The notes beneath the pieces were generated by a model. The model saw only the letters and a list, made by a program, of their open reading frames with translations, was not told the origin of the DNA and made no database searches. From NCBI RefSeq assembly GCF_001194135.2, contig NC_068983.1, forward strand, positions 92,892,866 through 92,956,865: 64,000 nucleotides of DNA. Direction: 5' to 3'. The translations under genes were made by a program, and so were the position numbers. The number at the start of each line of letters is the position of its first letter. The first letter of the stretch is position 1. This DNA comes from Octopus bimaculoides (taxonomy: Eukaryota). Below are positions 1 to 13,448 of this stretch, one piece after another.

Positions 1-12
1 AGACATATATAC

Positions 13-45
<33 letters not shown>

Positions 46-2074
46 GCAATAACACTGAATAGAAGAAAAGAATACCAAAAGAAGGAACAAGTAAATGCAA
101 TGTAGATTAGAGGGAGCAACCTCTCTAGTGCTGATAGTACCATAAAATGCATCTAGCTCATGCTGTCATTTAGTTGATGATTGGAAGAGCATCAATCCAT
201 AGTAAACTTTTGACCTTTATGGCTATAATAAAATCAATCCTTAGTAAACTATATCAAACATAACATACACAGCAACAATGTTGCTTTGTTTTCTCTGTTG
301 CTGTGTGCGCGCATGTGTGAGATAACAAAGGCCATAATTATAAGGCTTATCAAAACCATGTGAACATGGAAAAGACATGAATAGCTGATGATAGCAAGGA
401 AGTATCAGGATAGCAAAGAAATGATGAGAATATATAAGAGAACTGATGATATAAGTTGTAACAGTAGTTAGTAAGGCAATGTAATGTATTAATGCTGTAT
501 ATTTTAAATACTGATCTGAGAATAAAAAATTAGAGCAGAGTAGCACAACCATAGTAGTGCATTGTAGGGAATTTTAATCATGATATACATGAATTTAGTA
601 TTAATACTGTCACTTTACTGAAGACTGAGGGTTTTGATTCACTTAAAACCTATTTTTCCTTTAGATTTAAATTGTCTTTGTTGGGCAAAAACATACTTTT
701 CTGTCAAGATATGGAGCAAATAATGAAAGAGAAAGATTTCAAAAGTCTTGATCAACCAACACATTATTATATGTTACATGATTAACAGCACTAAAAACTG
801 GGTCTTTGAACTTGTGTATCCTGCATTGCTAGAAATACTTGTTGATTTTGTTTTAAGTCTTTAACTGAAATTAAGTGTCATAGAGCAAAAACTATTTTGC
901 AAGGGAATTCCAGAGATTCATTAATGAATTTAAGCTTCAGTCATTGAACATGTGCTAGGAAGCACAAAATATTGCAAAGAAATTAATGACAACCATTTGA
1001 AGAACCTTGATTTTCATAACTGATCTGAAATAAAATTTAACAGCCATTTACAGTTTATTGCATTGATAGATAAATAAAGTAATAAACTTGCTATAAAAAT
1101 AAGTTCAGCTATGACTTTTGATCAGTGATCTCCAGTAAAATGTTTACTGAAAAACAGGTTAGCTGATACTGTTTCTTTTGTTACTCAGCTCTGATCGAGT
1201 AAACTGATGATCAAAGGTGTTCTAACTGGTATAATATTATCAAAGTATATCTAAAATCATTATCTAAAGGTGTCTTTCTTTTAATATTTAAAGAAAAAAA
1301 AAATAATAAGGTTTTACTTAAGAGTTATTTTGGTGTTTTTTTTATTTCCAACAGGTCAAGTTACTATATAAAATATTTTGACTTACCTCCCAAGATCTTT
1401 TATACTCATTCAATTGCTTTTTTTTGTGTTTTGATTAGAGAAGTAGGAGTAGGCTTCATCAGTCTCTTTGTGTATGTCTGTGTGTGTATATATATATTGT
1501 ATGGCAGACACAGTCCATGCCAACATGATAAAAATTGATCTGGTGATGAAGATGGTAATACTGGTTGTAATAGTAGCCGAGGTAGTAATGATGGGAATGA
1601 TAATGAGGATGATGATGATCATCAGCAGTATTATGACCAAAACCTCAGTCTCCTAAACCTAGAATAAATACTATTTTATTCAAAACTATTTCCACTAATG
1701 GTTAATGCAGTATCACTTTTTGCAATTATTCTACTGTTATTACTGCAAGCTGACAAATATATCCATAGCAATATCCTTGCCTACAACTATAACCATAATG
1801 ATAGTTCTAGTAACTGAAAATGTACCAATTATTATTTGTAACTAATCACCAATATTATCATTTCACTATAATCATAACTTTAATGATAACTGTTGGTATA
1901 ATGATATATATTCATATTTTATTACATTTTACAAAGTGGTAATAATGTTTATGTGTATTTATCTACATAGAGGTCATTCATTTTTATAGGATCTAATAAA
2001 CTTTTAATAAAAAGGTAAGTATTGTGCATGTGTGTGAATGAGAGGGGAGAGAGGAGAGAGAGGGGGGAGAACAT

Positions 2075-2240
2075 ATCCTTGCATGACTATGCAGCTAAGA
2101 AGTTTGCTTAGTAACCACATGGCTCTGAGTTTGATCTCACTGCATAGCACCTTGGGTAAGGATCTGCACCATAGCCTCGAGTCAACCAATGCTTCAATTG
2201 TGTAATTTAGTAAACAGAAACTATGCAGAAACCCATTAAA
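2075..2240 (+). mobile_element. SINE family A head
   Basis: ctaagaagtttgcttagtaaccacatggctctgagtttgatctcactgcatagcaccttgggtaag. Confidence 0.65.
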
Positions 2241-2275
2241 TGTGTGTGTGGGAAAGATAGATAGATAGAGAGAGA

Positions 2276-2386
2276 NNNNNNNNNNNNNNNNNNNNNNNNN
2301 NNNNNNNNNNNNNNNNNNNNNNNNNNNNNNNNNNNNNNNNNNNNNNNNNNNNNNNNNNNNNNNNNNNNNNNNNNNNNNNNNNNNNN
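2276..2386. other. Assembly gap
   Basis: N run flanked by GA and GT repeats. Confidence 1.
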
Positions 2387-2432
<46 letters not shown>

Positions 2433-2665
2433 TTTGGCAATGTATATTGGTGATAGAACATTGGTGAGAGAACTGATAAAATGATGCTTTTGAATAAACA
2501 TCTCTTACATGATATTTGTTCTGCTAAAGTTGTTCAAGTAATCTCTTGTCACTCTCACCACTGTAAAATGCAGTGAGCTAGTGATTGTCCCATAAGAAAC
2601 TAATGAAGAATGCCATTGTTCACAAAATACAATATAAAATGTGTGTGTGGGAAAGATAGATAGAT

Positions 2666-2721
<56 letters not shown>

Positions 2722-2737
2722 GAAGAAACATACACAC

Positions 2738-2930
2738 ATCAACATCATCATGTTCCATACTAGCATAGGTTGGACAATTTGATGGGATCCAATGGTTCAA
2801 AGACTGCATCAAGCTCAATTGTCTGCTTTGGCATAGTCTCTGCAGCTGGATAGTCTTCCTAACATTAATCACTTTACAAAGTGTACTGGGTGCTCTTTTT
2901 GTGTTACCAACACTAGTGAGGTGGCTATGT
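2738..2930 (-). mobile_element. RTE 3' tail fragment
   Basis: catcatcatgttccatactagcataggttggac..cagctggatagtcttcctaac matches 14211-14400. Confidence 0.6.
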
Positions 2931-2999
2931 TGCCTACAAGACTAAGATCTCTTTTGACTGAGTGGGGTTACAGCAGAGAAGCAAGTGGCCTTTTGCTAT

Positions 3000-3720
3000 G
3001 GGATGAAGTGTTTAAAATGTGATGGAAGGGGCCAGAACAGAACAGGTCTCTGGTAGTGGGGGAGCTACACAACTACTCACGTTATAGTAAAGAGGATAGG
3101 AGTGGGTGGAGTGAAACAGAAAAGAGATAAAAATAGTGGACCCTCAAGATATGAAGTGAGTGGTGGGTAGAACAGAAAGAGTGTATGGGAGAGTGAGAGA
3201 TGATAAGAGACAGGGAATGGGTGAGAGGATGAATATTATGAACAAGTGTTGAGTGGGAGGATAAGAGAGGTAGAAAAGAGGGAAGAGTAAGTGACAGCTG
3301 TAGAAATCAGGTATAGTGTTAATGGGTGACCAATGATAGATGAGTTAGTGGAGGTTTGAGAGAGATGACTGATAGTGTAGAAAAGGGGGTGAGGGGAAGA
3401 GAAATGACATGGTTGGGTAAGTTGTAAAAGTGTGGGGCAGATGTAGTGAATGAAAGAAAGATATATGCTAGGGCAGAGGGAATTTGGTGGGTCAGGAGGT
3501 GGATCAATGTAAACTGTAGGTAAAGACAGTATTAAGAATGAAAGATGGATAACAAGTGAAATGGTTCTGAGTAGTAATAAGGGTAAGTAGTATCAGGGAA
3601 AAGTTGAAGTATGCAGTCCTGTTAACATCTAATTTCAACAGCAGAATAGTGCAATTAGAGAGATGATAGGTAGTGAGAATGTCTGGAGGAGGGAATTTGG
3701 GTGGGAATGCAATTGTGCAT
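3000..3720 (-). mobile_element. Highly degraded retroelement fragment (possibly Penelope-like)
   Basis: Purine-rich plus strand. The minus-strand peptide TSAPHFYNLP resembles the PLE P-x-FY-x-LPK motif. Confidence 0.3.
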
Positions 3721-3784
3721 GTATGCACACATGCACGCACACACACACACACACACACATTATGTTTCCAGACTCTCAGTTTCA

Positions 3785-5230
3785 CTGAGGTGGGTGGATG
3801 TTCTCAAGGACTGCATATTACCAGTCATTCTGCTCCTTTGTCATCTATGTTAGTTTCAAAGATTAGCCATCACAACTTCATCCCATGTCTTCCTGGGTTT
3901 CCCGCTTTTATAAGAGTCATCCACATTAAGTGAGCAACACTTCTTTATACACCAGTCCTCATCCATATACATCAGATGACAATATCAGCACAGTTTCCTA
4001 TCTTGCAAACTACACATGATTCCACTTATGCCCAGTTTTTCTTTCAATGCATTTGTACTTTGTCATTTATAACAGAGCATGGTAGCTTTATTATTCTTTT
4101 TTGCAGTCTTCTCAAATTCTCTATATTCAAAACTCATGTCTCACTACCATGCAGCATTGCAGTTCTAAAACAAGCATCATAAAATTTGCCCTTAACTCTG
4201 CGGGAAAAAGATCTTTGTAGCTAGTAGTAGAAGTTTTTCCAACCTGATTTTACTTGAACTTTTCCAACCCATTTTTAACCTTGCTACTATATTTTGGGGG
4301 TAGCCACCTCTGAAGCTAATGTCTCTAAGGCAACAAGAGTTATTGACTACTTCTAGTGAGTCATTCAGGCATTTAAGAGAATTTATTTTTTATATGCTTA
4401 GAGAACTTACTGCTTCAGTGCATCTGTCATAAATGAAGCTTACTTTCTTTGTTAGTCTGCCACATCTCTTGTGTGTCCATAGCTTACATTGGGTACAGTG
4501 TATGGAGTTTATATATACTATTTTTCTGTTTGTCAAGCAAGGCCACTTCTCTAAAGTTACCAGGGTTCTATTTTCTTTCCTACTTAAAACTTTAGACTTT
4601 GCTAAGTTTACCATGAGGCCTCTCAAATTTTAAGTTTAGTTTCCATGCCTGCAATTTCCTCTTTAATTCCTCTATAGATTTAATTATGAGAACTAGATCA
4701 TCATATAGGACTTCTGTGGATAGCCAGTCTTAAAGTCCTCTTTGATGGCATGTAAGACCATGGTGAATAGGATGAACCTTGATGAAATCATACCCTCATG
4801 TCAAATTTGTCACAGAAATTGTTGTTGACTATCACTTTACTGCATATTTGTACATAGCTTGTGCACTCTCACAAGCCAATCTATCTATACCTAGTTTTCT
4901 TAGTAACCACCAAATTACTAAACAAGGTAACCTGCCAAATACCTTCTCAAATATGCCAAGCACTGTGGTTTACTTTGGGCCAAGTATTTCTCCTGAAGTT
5001 GCCTTAAAAGGAAGCCTGCATCTGTAGTACCTTGTCTGGACTTGCACACAAACTGCATCCATCCAGGTCTACTCTGTCACAGATCAATTGTTCTAGGACT
5101 CTCTCAGTGATCTTCATAACTTGATCCAGTAGTTTGATTCTGCTATAGTTACTTCTCTTTAAGACATCTTTCTCTTTGTAGCAGCAATTTAAGATGATAC
5201 TTCTACATCAGTCACTGGATGTGACACATT
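3785..5230 (-). mobile_element. Older, degraded RTE LINE fragment
   Basis: ORF 4390-4626 (GLMVNLAKSKVL..WPC..NSIHCTQCKLWTHKRC) parallels the 60.4-60.6 kb RTE region. The 3' end at ~3870-3900 (ttcatcccatgtcttcctgggtttccc) matches the RTE C-terminus. Confidence 0.75.
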
Positions 5231-5271
5231 CCTATATAATTTGATTAACTATCTCAGTGTTAATTGCACAT

Positions 5272-5274
5272 ACA

Positions 5275-5350
<76 letters not shown>
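5272..5350. repeat. Compound (TACA)n(TA)n microsatellite abutting an RTE 5' truncation point
   Basis: Direct reading. Confidence 0.9.
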
Positions 5351-5895
5351 CCCTAGCAGTTGAGGGAACCTGTGGAAGAAGTAGACCTAGGAAGACCTGG
5401 GATGAGGTGGTGAAGCATGACCTTCGTACTTTAGGCCTCACCGAGGCAATGACCAGTGACCAGGACCTTTGGAAATATGCTGTGAGAAAAGACCTGGCAA
5501 GGCAAGTGAGAGCATAATCTGTGACCTCTGCCAGAAGTGTAGCCAGCTCACTTATTCATATCTTTACTTCATTGGAGACTAAAAGCTCTGCTTGCGAAAA
5601 CCTGTTGAGGCAAGTGAAATTGGAAATGAAATCATAATTGAACTATACTCGATGACTGGCACCTGTGCCAGTGGAGCACTAATAGCACTGTCCGAGCGTG
5701 TTCATTGCCAGAGCAGCTGTCTGGCTTCCATGCTAGTGGCCCATAAATAGCACCATTTGAGCGTAATCGTTAACAGAGTTGCCTTCTAGCACTTATGCTG
5801 GTGGCATGTTAGAAAATCATTAGAGCGAGGTCGTTGCCGGTGCCGCTGGACTGGCTCCAGTGTAGGCAGAACGTAAAAAACACCTTTTTGAGCAT
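5351..5895 (+). mobile_element. RTE 3' fragment (ORF end plus part of 3'UTR)
   Basis: Encodes [45 protein letters not shown]. The 3'UTR is nearly identical to the reverse complement of 14.5-15.06 kb. Confidence 0.85.
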
Positions 5896-5904
5896 GAGAA
5901 TTTA

Positions 5905-6890
5905 CAAAAAAAACAAAAGACGAAGACAGGTGTGTAAACAACAAACAGATGTATCAGTTTAATGCTCAGGAAGTGAGAAAGTGTTTTATGTTTCGAGCCT
6001 ACGCTCTTTGACAGAAAGGACCACAGAAATAAACAGGAAGAGAAAATAGAAAAAGGTTTAGTGGCTAGTGATCTATCATGGCGAAAGCCGGACAGAGGGG
6101 TTCACATAGGAGAGCTAGGATGAAGGGGAGATAATAAAGTAGTGGTGATCCCAAAATGAAGGTGCATGTGTATGTGCATGTAGAAGGTGGATGGTGACCT
6201 TGATGTGTGCATGTATAGGTGTGTGGATGATGGTGTAGGTGCTGGGAAGTGGTCAGTGCTAGTGTGTGCAGGGTGGTGTAATGTGGTGTGGTATGGTGGT
6301 GTGTGGTGGTGTGGGGGTGTGGTGGAGGCGAGAGTGGGGGAAGCAAGAGTGGGGTCTAAGGGATGGGGTGGGATGGGCTGTATAGGGATGGTGGGGTTGG
6401 AATGTGTAGGGGTGGGGTAACGAGGGAGGGGGTGACGATGAAGGGAGAAGGTGGGTAGGAATGAAGAGAGGAAGTAGGTGCTCTATATGTGGATGTGCAG
6501 ACATGCTCTTATAGTTTTGCGTGCAAGTGTATATTGATGCGTGTGCATCTGCACATGAACGCACACATAAATGCACACACACATGCATGGACACATATAA
6601 ACACATACACACACACATACATGCACGTTCATATGCGTGCGAGTGTACACATGCAAAACAAGCATTGGGAATTGGTAAGTGTTGGAGATTGGCATGCATT
6701 GGGGATTGGTAAATGGCAGTCCTGCTCATGGGCTGGTTGGTAGCAGTAACCTTGGTGCAGGCGGTGCAGAGTAACAGCTGGTTCTAAGGTGGTATATCGA
6801 AGTTGTTAGCAGTCAGAGGTCTGAAATTTGCCAAAAGAGAATATCTCTGGTAACAGCAAAACAATTAATCATATTTTTTGTTGATGGATA
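5905..6890 (-). mobile_element. Degraded Penelope-like element 3' region
   Basis: Strong G/C strand asymmetry and a terminal ttctgtcaaagagcgtaggctcgaaac hammerhead-like motif, as seen in PLE pLTRs. Protein similarity was not directly demonstrable. Confidence 0.4.
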
Positions 6891-7022
6891 CTGTAGGTTG
6901 TTAGAGGATATGCAGTTTTTTGCGGATGCAGAGCCGGCACTTGCGGTTGCTGAGCTGACAACTAGAATCACACTTGAAACTTAAGAGTACCAATAAATTT
7001 GGATCAAATTGTTTTGATCCAT

Positions 7023-7100
<78 letters not shown>

Positions 7101-8784
7101 TGTGAGAGACTAGTATGCAAAAAGAGACTAAAATCATTTAGAATTTCCATCTGTTGAGACGTATCAAGCAGATTTTGTGATTAGTAAATTCATCAGACCC
7201 AAGACAATTAGCAATGTGTGTTTCATTAATTAATTATTAACAGATAAATAAAAAAATAAATTTACAGATGAGTTACTCCACAAACATGGAACAAAGTAAA
7301 AGATATTTTATTTGTCACATGCATTTGGTCAACATGTTACAAAGGGAAAAAATATTGGAAGTATTAATTTTTATTTTGGAAGCAAACATTTTTTTAAAAA
7401 AACACTAATTTATAAATACATATTTTATGATTTTTGAAGTTATTCTCCTGATTCAATGAAATTTCTTATTTTTGTTTTTAAAAAGGAATATTCTAGAATA
7501 ACATTACCATTTTGATAATCTGTCAGTTTGTACATATACTTTTGTATCATATTATCAATGACAGTTTACCTATCCATCTGTCAGCCTATCTACCAGTCTG
7601 TCGATCTATCTATCTATTTATCAATCAATCAATGAGATCAATATTTTGTTAACGACAATTTTAGGATGAAAAAAGATAGAATCTGCAGAAAAATAGGCAT
7701 TTGATCTAAAATATAGCAAGTGTTTTAACACTTTTGCTATCATCTTTCTGACAAGAATATGGTGCCTAGGTGTTTCAATTAATTTTTAAAATAACCAAGA
7801 GTTAGAAGGGAGTTTGTCAAATAACTGCAGCTCAAATTTCTTGTTTGTTTATTGGTATCTTTAAGCTAGTGCTTGGAATAAAACTGAATAAAACATTCTT
7901 ACATAAAAACATGCATATTAACATTGATGTATTAATGAGATTTTTGTTCAGATTTTAATTAAATTATGAACACTTTAATGTGGGAAGTTTGGAGCAGGTT
8001 GGTATTGAGATGAGTAAACAATATTCTGACACACTATTTTAATCTATAATATTAATTTTTTTAATACATAATATACATTTTTATTCATATAATATTAATT
8101 TTAACGCACTATTAACATTTTAATGAATTCATTTGGTAGGTTTAAAGAGTTTTTTACAACTGGCTAATTGCAAAATTTCAAAGCAGTTTATGAGGGAGAG
8201 ATTGTGTGCTGTTGAGGTTTTTTTTAATGTTACTTGGCCTGTAGCTGAGCAGTTAACTTATATTTTACCATACAACACAATGTCTTCATCAAATATACAC
8301 ACACAAAAACAAAAAACCAATATTAGTTCAGTCTATATAGTTGTAAAGCAAATATAATGAAATGGTCCAGTTCATAACCATCAAAGACAATGGCTAGTCC
8401 ATGTGGTTTCATTAGATTAGTGTTGGTCTTCAATCTTCCCACAGAGAAACCTGCATTAGTTTGCTAGTTCTAACCAAGGAAAAAATCTAACTCTTGACTA
8501 TTTAATGCCTAGGAAATTTGCAATACCATCTGCTGATGTTGATAGGTAAACAGGAAATGCCATAACCTCTTAGAAAAGCAAAAGAGATGATACAAACAAT
8601 AAAATAGCTCACTATTTCTCAACCGCTTTAAAGTGGAACAGCTATTTGTCTTTGTATTTCTTTAGGAGCAAATTCCTTTCTTAACATAGTTTTGCAAATA
8701 TATTTTTTTCCAAAGAACAATATCAATGTTTATAATCTTTTTTAGAAAGAATATGAAATATTCTATTTTCAATGTTATTATGAT

Positions 8785-8945
8785 TACCTCTGTCTCCCTG
8801 TTGTTGAAAAGGGCACTCAGCTGTAGAAGCCATGCCAAAGTAGATAGTGGAGCTTGGCACAGTCCTCTGACTAACCAGCTCCTGTCAAACTGCCCAATGC
8901 ATGCCAGCATAGTAAGTGGACATTGAATGGTGATGAATCTCACTG
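8785..8945 (+). mobile_element. RTE 3' tail fragment
   Basis: aaagggcactcagctgtagaagcc..catgccagcatagtaagtggacattgaatggtgatg. Confidence 0.6.
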
Positions 8946-9829
8946 TTCAAAACTGATTCTTCGACAGCAGTACATAACAGGGTTGATCACTGAGTAGTCC
9001 TTTGATCCTAGCTAGCATAGTTGACCATTTGGTTTCAAATCCTAGTTAATAGCACGTCATTTCAAAAATAATGTTACTGTTCATGGAACAAAACATGAAT
9101 GAGACAACCAACAACTCCCTCTCCTCATTAAATTTTATAATTCATACATCTGAAATGAATATTACAATCACAAAACTACTACCAATAACAGAAAGTGAGG
9201 AGTCAACAAATGCATCTCAAAGTAATAACTAAACTTGCAAAAATTATCAGCCACAGTTCACAGACACTCATTCATCAAAAAAAAAAGAAAAAAAGAACAT
9301 TTGGATAATGCTTTCGTAAAAACATTTTATCTGCAAATAAGACTGGATGATCACAGCTGGAATATCTTTGATTAGAGGTTTATTTGATCAGAGCTAATCT
9401 GGGTCTAAATAATAATAACTAACAACAAAAACAAAAGCCAATATGTTAAGTTAGAATCAAAGAATTTATTTATAGACAAGTTTGAACCACTGCATGACAA
9501 CCATTCTTCATTTTCACTTATCTTTAATAATTTCTTTTCTTGCCTTCTGATCATTTACTGAAGTCTGTTCTAGTATTCAATACTTTATTCCCCTTCCTTG
9601 ATCTGTTTACAGTCTAACCACCAAATGCCAACCATGATCCACCAACCCATAATAACTTTGCAATCCAACCACACCCAAACTATCAACTACCATGCCACCA
9701 AAAGCCCACTACCAGCCATCTATCTCTCAAAAACTGCTAAACATCTACCACCCAAACCACCACCAACCTAGAAGCCAAATATGCACTCACAACACACCAC
9801 TCGCCCATGACTATTCAATTGTTGCATAC

Positions 9830-9951
9830 AATGGCACATGCAAGATGTTTGGCACTTAGCAACCACATAGTTCCAGGTTTGATTCCAATGTAAATCATCA
9901 TAGATGCCATGTGAATGAAATTTGATAGATGGAGAAAATACAGAAGCCAAC

Positions 9952-9955
<4 letters not shown>
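9830..9955 (+). mobile_element. Degraded SINE family A head followed by (GT)n
   Basis: cttagcaaccacatagttccaggttttgattcc...agaaaatacagaagcc. Confidence 0.5.
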
Positions 9956-9994
<39 letters not shown>

Positions 9995-10051
9995 ATATCA
10001 ATCTCACGTATGTATTCATGTGTATGCATGTATATATTTGTGTGCGCGCGA

Positions 10052-10082
<31 letters not shown>

Positions 10083-11689
10083 GATAGATCTCTCTCTCTC
10101 TATATATAAGCACACATGCACACACACACATTACATGTGTGTATTTATGTATATGTGTGTGTGTATACATATATGTTTCTATCTTTTGACAATGTATGCT
10201 ACTGAAAGATATAAACAAAGCTAAACAATATCAAGAAAAATGATAAAACTGGTACTTTCGAACAAAGTCCTTTTGAGATATTTGTTCTAATGAGTTGCAC
10301 AAACAATCCCTTGTTACTTTCATCAGCCATCAATGAATGCAATAAGTAATGACTTGTTCACTGGAAACCCATAACCAATGATGCTATTGTTCCCCCAAAG
10401 CATTATATAAAATAAATTTGCCCATTGACAAAGAACTTAAGGGTCTAGCTTACAGTGTCATGAGATTAAACCTTAATATAACTTTTGTTTTTGTGCTCCT
10501 TGATATTACAGAATTTTACTTGCCAAAGTCAACTTGGGAAAGAGAAAATTTTTGGACAACTGCTTCAAAAACTAACTTCTTGCCTATTGTATAAATTCAC
10601 ATAAACATTGACTATGTAATAATGTTGAAAAGCTGAAGGCTGCAATTTCTATCTGTAACCAAAACTGAAAACATCAAGACTTTTCAAAGATTCTCTGTAT
10701 ATCCCTTTACTGTTGTGGTTGTTATCTGCATACATACATATATATATATAGACACAGATGTGTATTCGTATATATGCACACACACATGTGCAGAGACACA
10801 CACACACACATCCAGCCCAGCACTGGCACAACACTCTCTCCCTCTAGCTGTTACATCCTAAATGTTCTGCAGAATAAAGGATGGGAAGGTTGAGAAGGAA
10901 TCTATATTTGCTAATGAGTACATGTGTACCTTAAATTGTAAAACATGGCTCAATTGTAAAGAACAGCTATAATATTTTATAATATATATAAAAAGAAATA
11001 CATACCTAAACACACAAACATACACAACAATTTCAGAAGTAGTAGATGTACAAAAGATGAAACAAAAATAATTAGTTTGCTAATTACCATTTGAAGTAAT
11101 AAGGAAAAATAAAGGAGTAACAAAACTTATATTTCTTGTTGTAATTGAGTAAGTTTAGGTGCCTGAGTAGATTTGGAACTGCTACATGCACAAACACAAT
11201 AGCCCCACCTCCACCTCAGGTTAATTAGTTAACTGGCAAAATTTTACTCAACACTACAAATACTAATATAACATTGTGTTGTATCCTCCCTCTGTTTCTA
11301 ATATTGATACTACAACCTTTGCACTCCCACCAACACAACACAACTACTACTGTATCTATTTGGCCTCACTCACAATTTCTATTGTCTTATAAAGTACAAT
11401 TGAGGATCATCTGATTGCAAAACTTTGGGTAGCAAATAATATATATACATACCTCACTATAACACATAGTGTTAGTAACATTGTAAGTGTTAATGGTTGT
11501 TGTGCATCAACATGCACACACACATAATGTTGACAAGTTTAAATAACAAATATTGATTTCAAATTTTGGCACAAAAATAAGTACCAGTTGAGCATTTGGG
11601 TCAATGTAACCAACTTACCCCCTCTCCTAAATTTGCTAGCCTTATGCCTATAGTAGAAAGCATCATCATCATCATTATTATTATTATAA

Positions 11690-11850
11690 TATTTGTCTAT
11701 CTTTATATGCTGAGTTCGACTTTGCTTTTCATCCTTTCGGGGTCGATTAATTGAGTATCAGTTACGCACTGGGGTTAATGTACTCAACTGAATCCCTTCC
11801 CCCAAATTTGAGGCCTTGTGCTTCCAGTAGAAAGGATTATCATCATCATC
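11690..11850 (+). mobile_element. SINE family B 3' part
   Basis: ctgagttcgactttgcttttcatcctttcggggtcgattaa..ccccaaatttgaggccttgtgc. Confidence 0.7.
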
Positions 11851-11869
11851 ATCATCATCATTAGCTCAT

Positions 11870-12310
11870 AGCATGAATCCGATTTTGAGCCAAATCCATT
11901 GTGAGAATCAACCCAGCATGCACCTTTAATAAAGCTGGGGAGGCAGTGTTCCTCCGTGTAGTGGCTATGGTAAAAGAGGCTGTGTAGTAGATGTTGGATA
12001 TGGCTGAATGGATTGAGGAAAGACACCTTCTTCGGTGAAGTCCTTGTTGACCATTTTAAAGTTCTATTTGGAAAGGCAAAATGAGGGTAGAGATGGAAGT
12101 GCTCCCTCTTAGGGAATTTGGGAAAAGATGGGTGACCACAGTAAAAATTGTTAGAGTGAATGGCTCTACTCTAAGCATGCACCTGTAGACTGGAAGGCAA
12201 GTTGGGAGAGGGTTTGTACCATTGGTGGTCAGGGTAATCCTGGATCTGCAGGGTTCCTTGACTGGCTCTAGCAAGAGTTTCTCCTGTATCAGGAGGACTG
12301 TACCATTCAT
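11870..12310 (-). mobile_element. Degraded Penelope-like RT fragment
   Basis: The minus-strand peptide (ITLTTNGTNPLP..THLFPNSLRGSTSISTL) loosely resembles the PLE RT thumb region. Confidence 0.3.
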
Positions 12311-12334
12311 GTTATCACATACTTTGTATGCTAC

Positions 12335-12650
12335 CTTTTATGTGTTATTTGTTTCAGTCATTAAACTGTGGCCATGCTGGGGCTCTGTCTTGAAGAATTT
12401 TAGTCGAACAAATCAACCCCAGTACCTATTTTTTGTAAAGTCTGGTACTTATTCTATCAGTTACATTTGCTGAACTGCTAAGTTAAAGGGACATGAGCAC
12501 ACCAACACTGGATGTTAAGCAGTGGTGGGGATGAACACACATGTAAAGACATACACGCATGCACACGACAGGCTTCTTTCAGTTTTTGTCTACCAAATCA
12601 TTCACAAGGCATTAGTCAGCCCGAGGCTATGGTTGAAGACACTTGCTTAA
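12335..12650 (-). mobile_element. SINE family A copy
   Basis: Same body and tail as 56460-56865 (tttcagtttttgtctaccaaatc, gaagacacttgc, cagtcattaaactgtggccatgctgg). Confidence 0.75.
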
Positions 12651-13350
12651 GCTGTAAGATAATAAGTTACCACACAGCAACCCCTGCGCCTATTTTATAC
12701 TATTATTACAGTTTGCTGTCTCTCACCCCATTTTCTTTATTCTCACACAAACTGCTACCCATCCTTGTAATGTCCCCTACATCTATGCCACTGTGGCAAA
12801 TTACTACTACTACTACTATCTATCTATCTATCTATCTATCTATCCATCCATTCTCAGCCACCTTTGGTCTGTTTCTTTCTTTCCCCCTCTCTCATATAAA
12901 CATTTATACACTTTAAGCTGATGCACCCCTCCACCTACCTTACTATGAAACATAACTTCTTGAAACTGTGCTATACCTTGGCAACTCCTTCCTCCCTATT
13001 CACTTAATAGAGGCTGTTTTTTTTTTTGCCAAGCCACATCTGATTACTACCTTGACCCTTGTCTGATAGCTGAGGAATGTATGATCAAAATATGGACTCC
13101 ATAAGTTGCATTGTAGGTTACCTGCCTAAGAGAACAATATCTTTAAATAATAACTGACAGAAGACAGAGGGAGATACTTTACCTCTTGTTGCATGGGACA
13201 AATGATAACCCTTAACCCTTTTAGCATGATAAAATGCACTCAGTGCACTTTATAGAGTGATACCCAACCATAGCAAACATACAAAAACTTCAATGTACAA
13301 GTGAGATATGATCTCAGCAAACTACATTACAGATTAACTATTTAGAACTT

Positions 13351-13448
13351 TGAATAAGAACTGGATCAAGATATATGAGATAAGAATGAATAAGAACTGG
13401 ATCAAGATATAGGAGATAAGAATGAATAAGAACTGGATACAAGATTTA
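13351..13448. repeat. 36-bp minisatellite, ~2.7 copies
   Basis: tgaataagaactggatcaagatat(a/g)(t/g)gagataagaa at 13351, 13387 and, partially, 13423. Confidence 0.9.

Noticed and set aside
241-552. 103-aa minus-strand ORF as a TM/terminal exon of the Nrx-IV-like gene
   Set aside because: No clean TM helix, no band-4.1-binding (HKG-x-Y) motif and no PDZ-binding tail.
2238-2680. Duplicated aaatgtgtgtgtgggaaagatagatagatagagagaga on both sides of a gap
   Set aside because: Mostly microsatellite next to an N-gap, so likely an assembly artefact.
6290-6460. G-run-rich potential G-quadruplex
   Set aside because: It lies in decayed retroelement low-complexity sequence with no sign of function.
13351-13448. 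CRISPR-like 36-bp repeats
   Set aside because: No spacers, and the context is eukaryotic.
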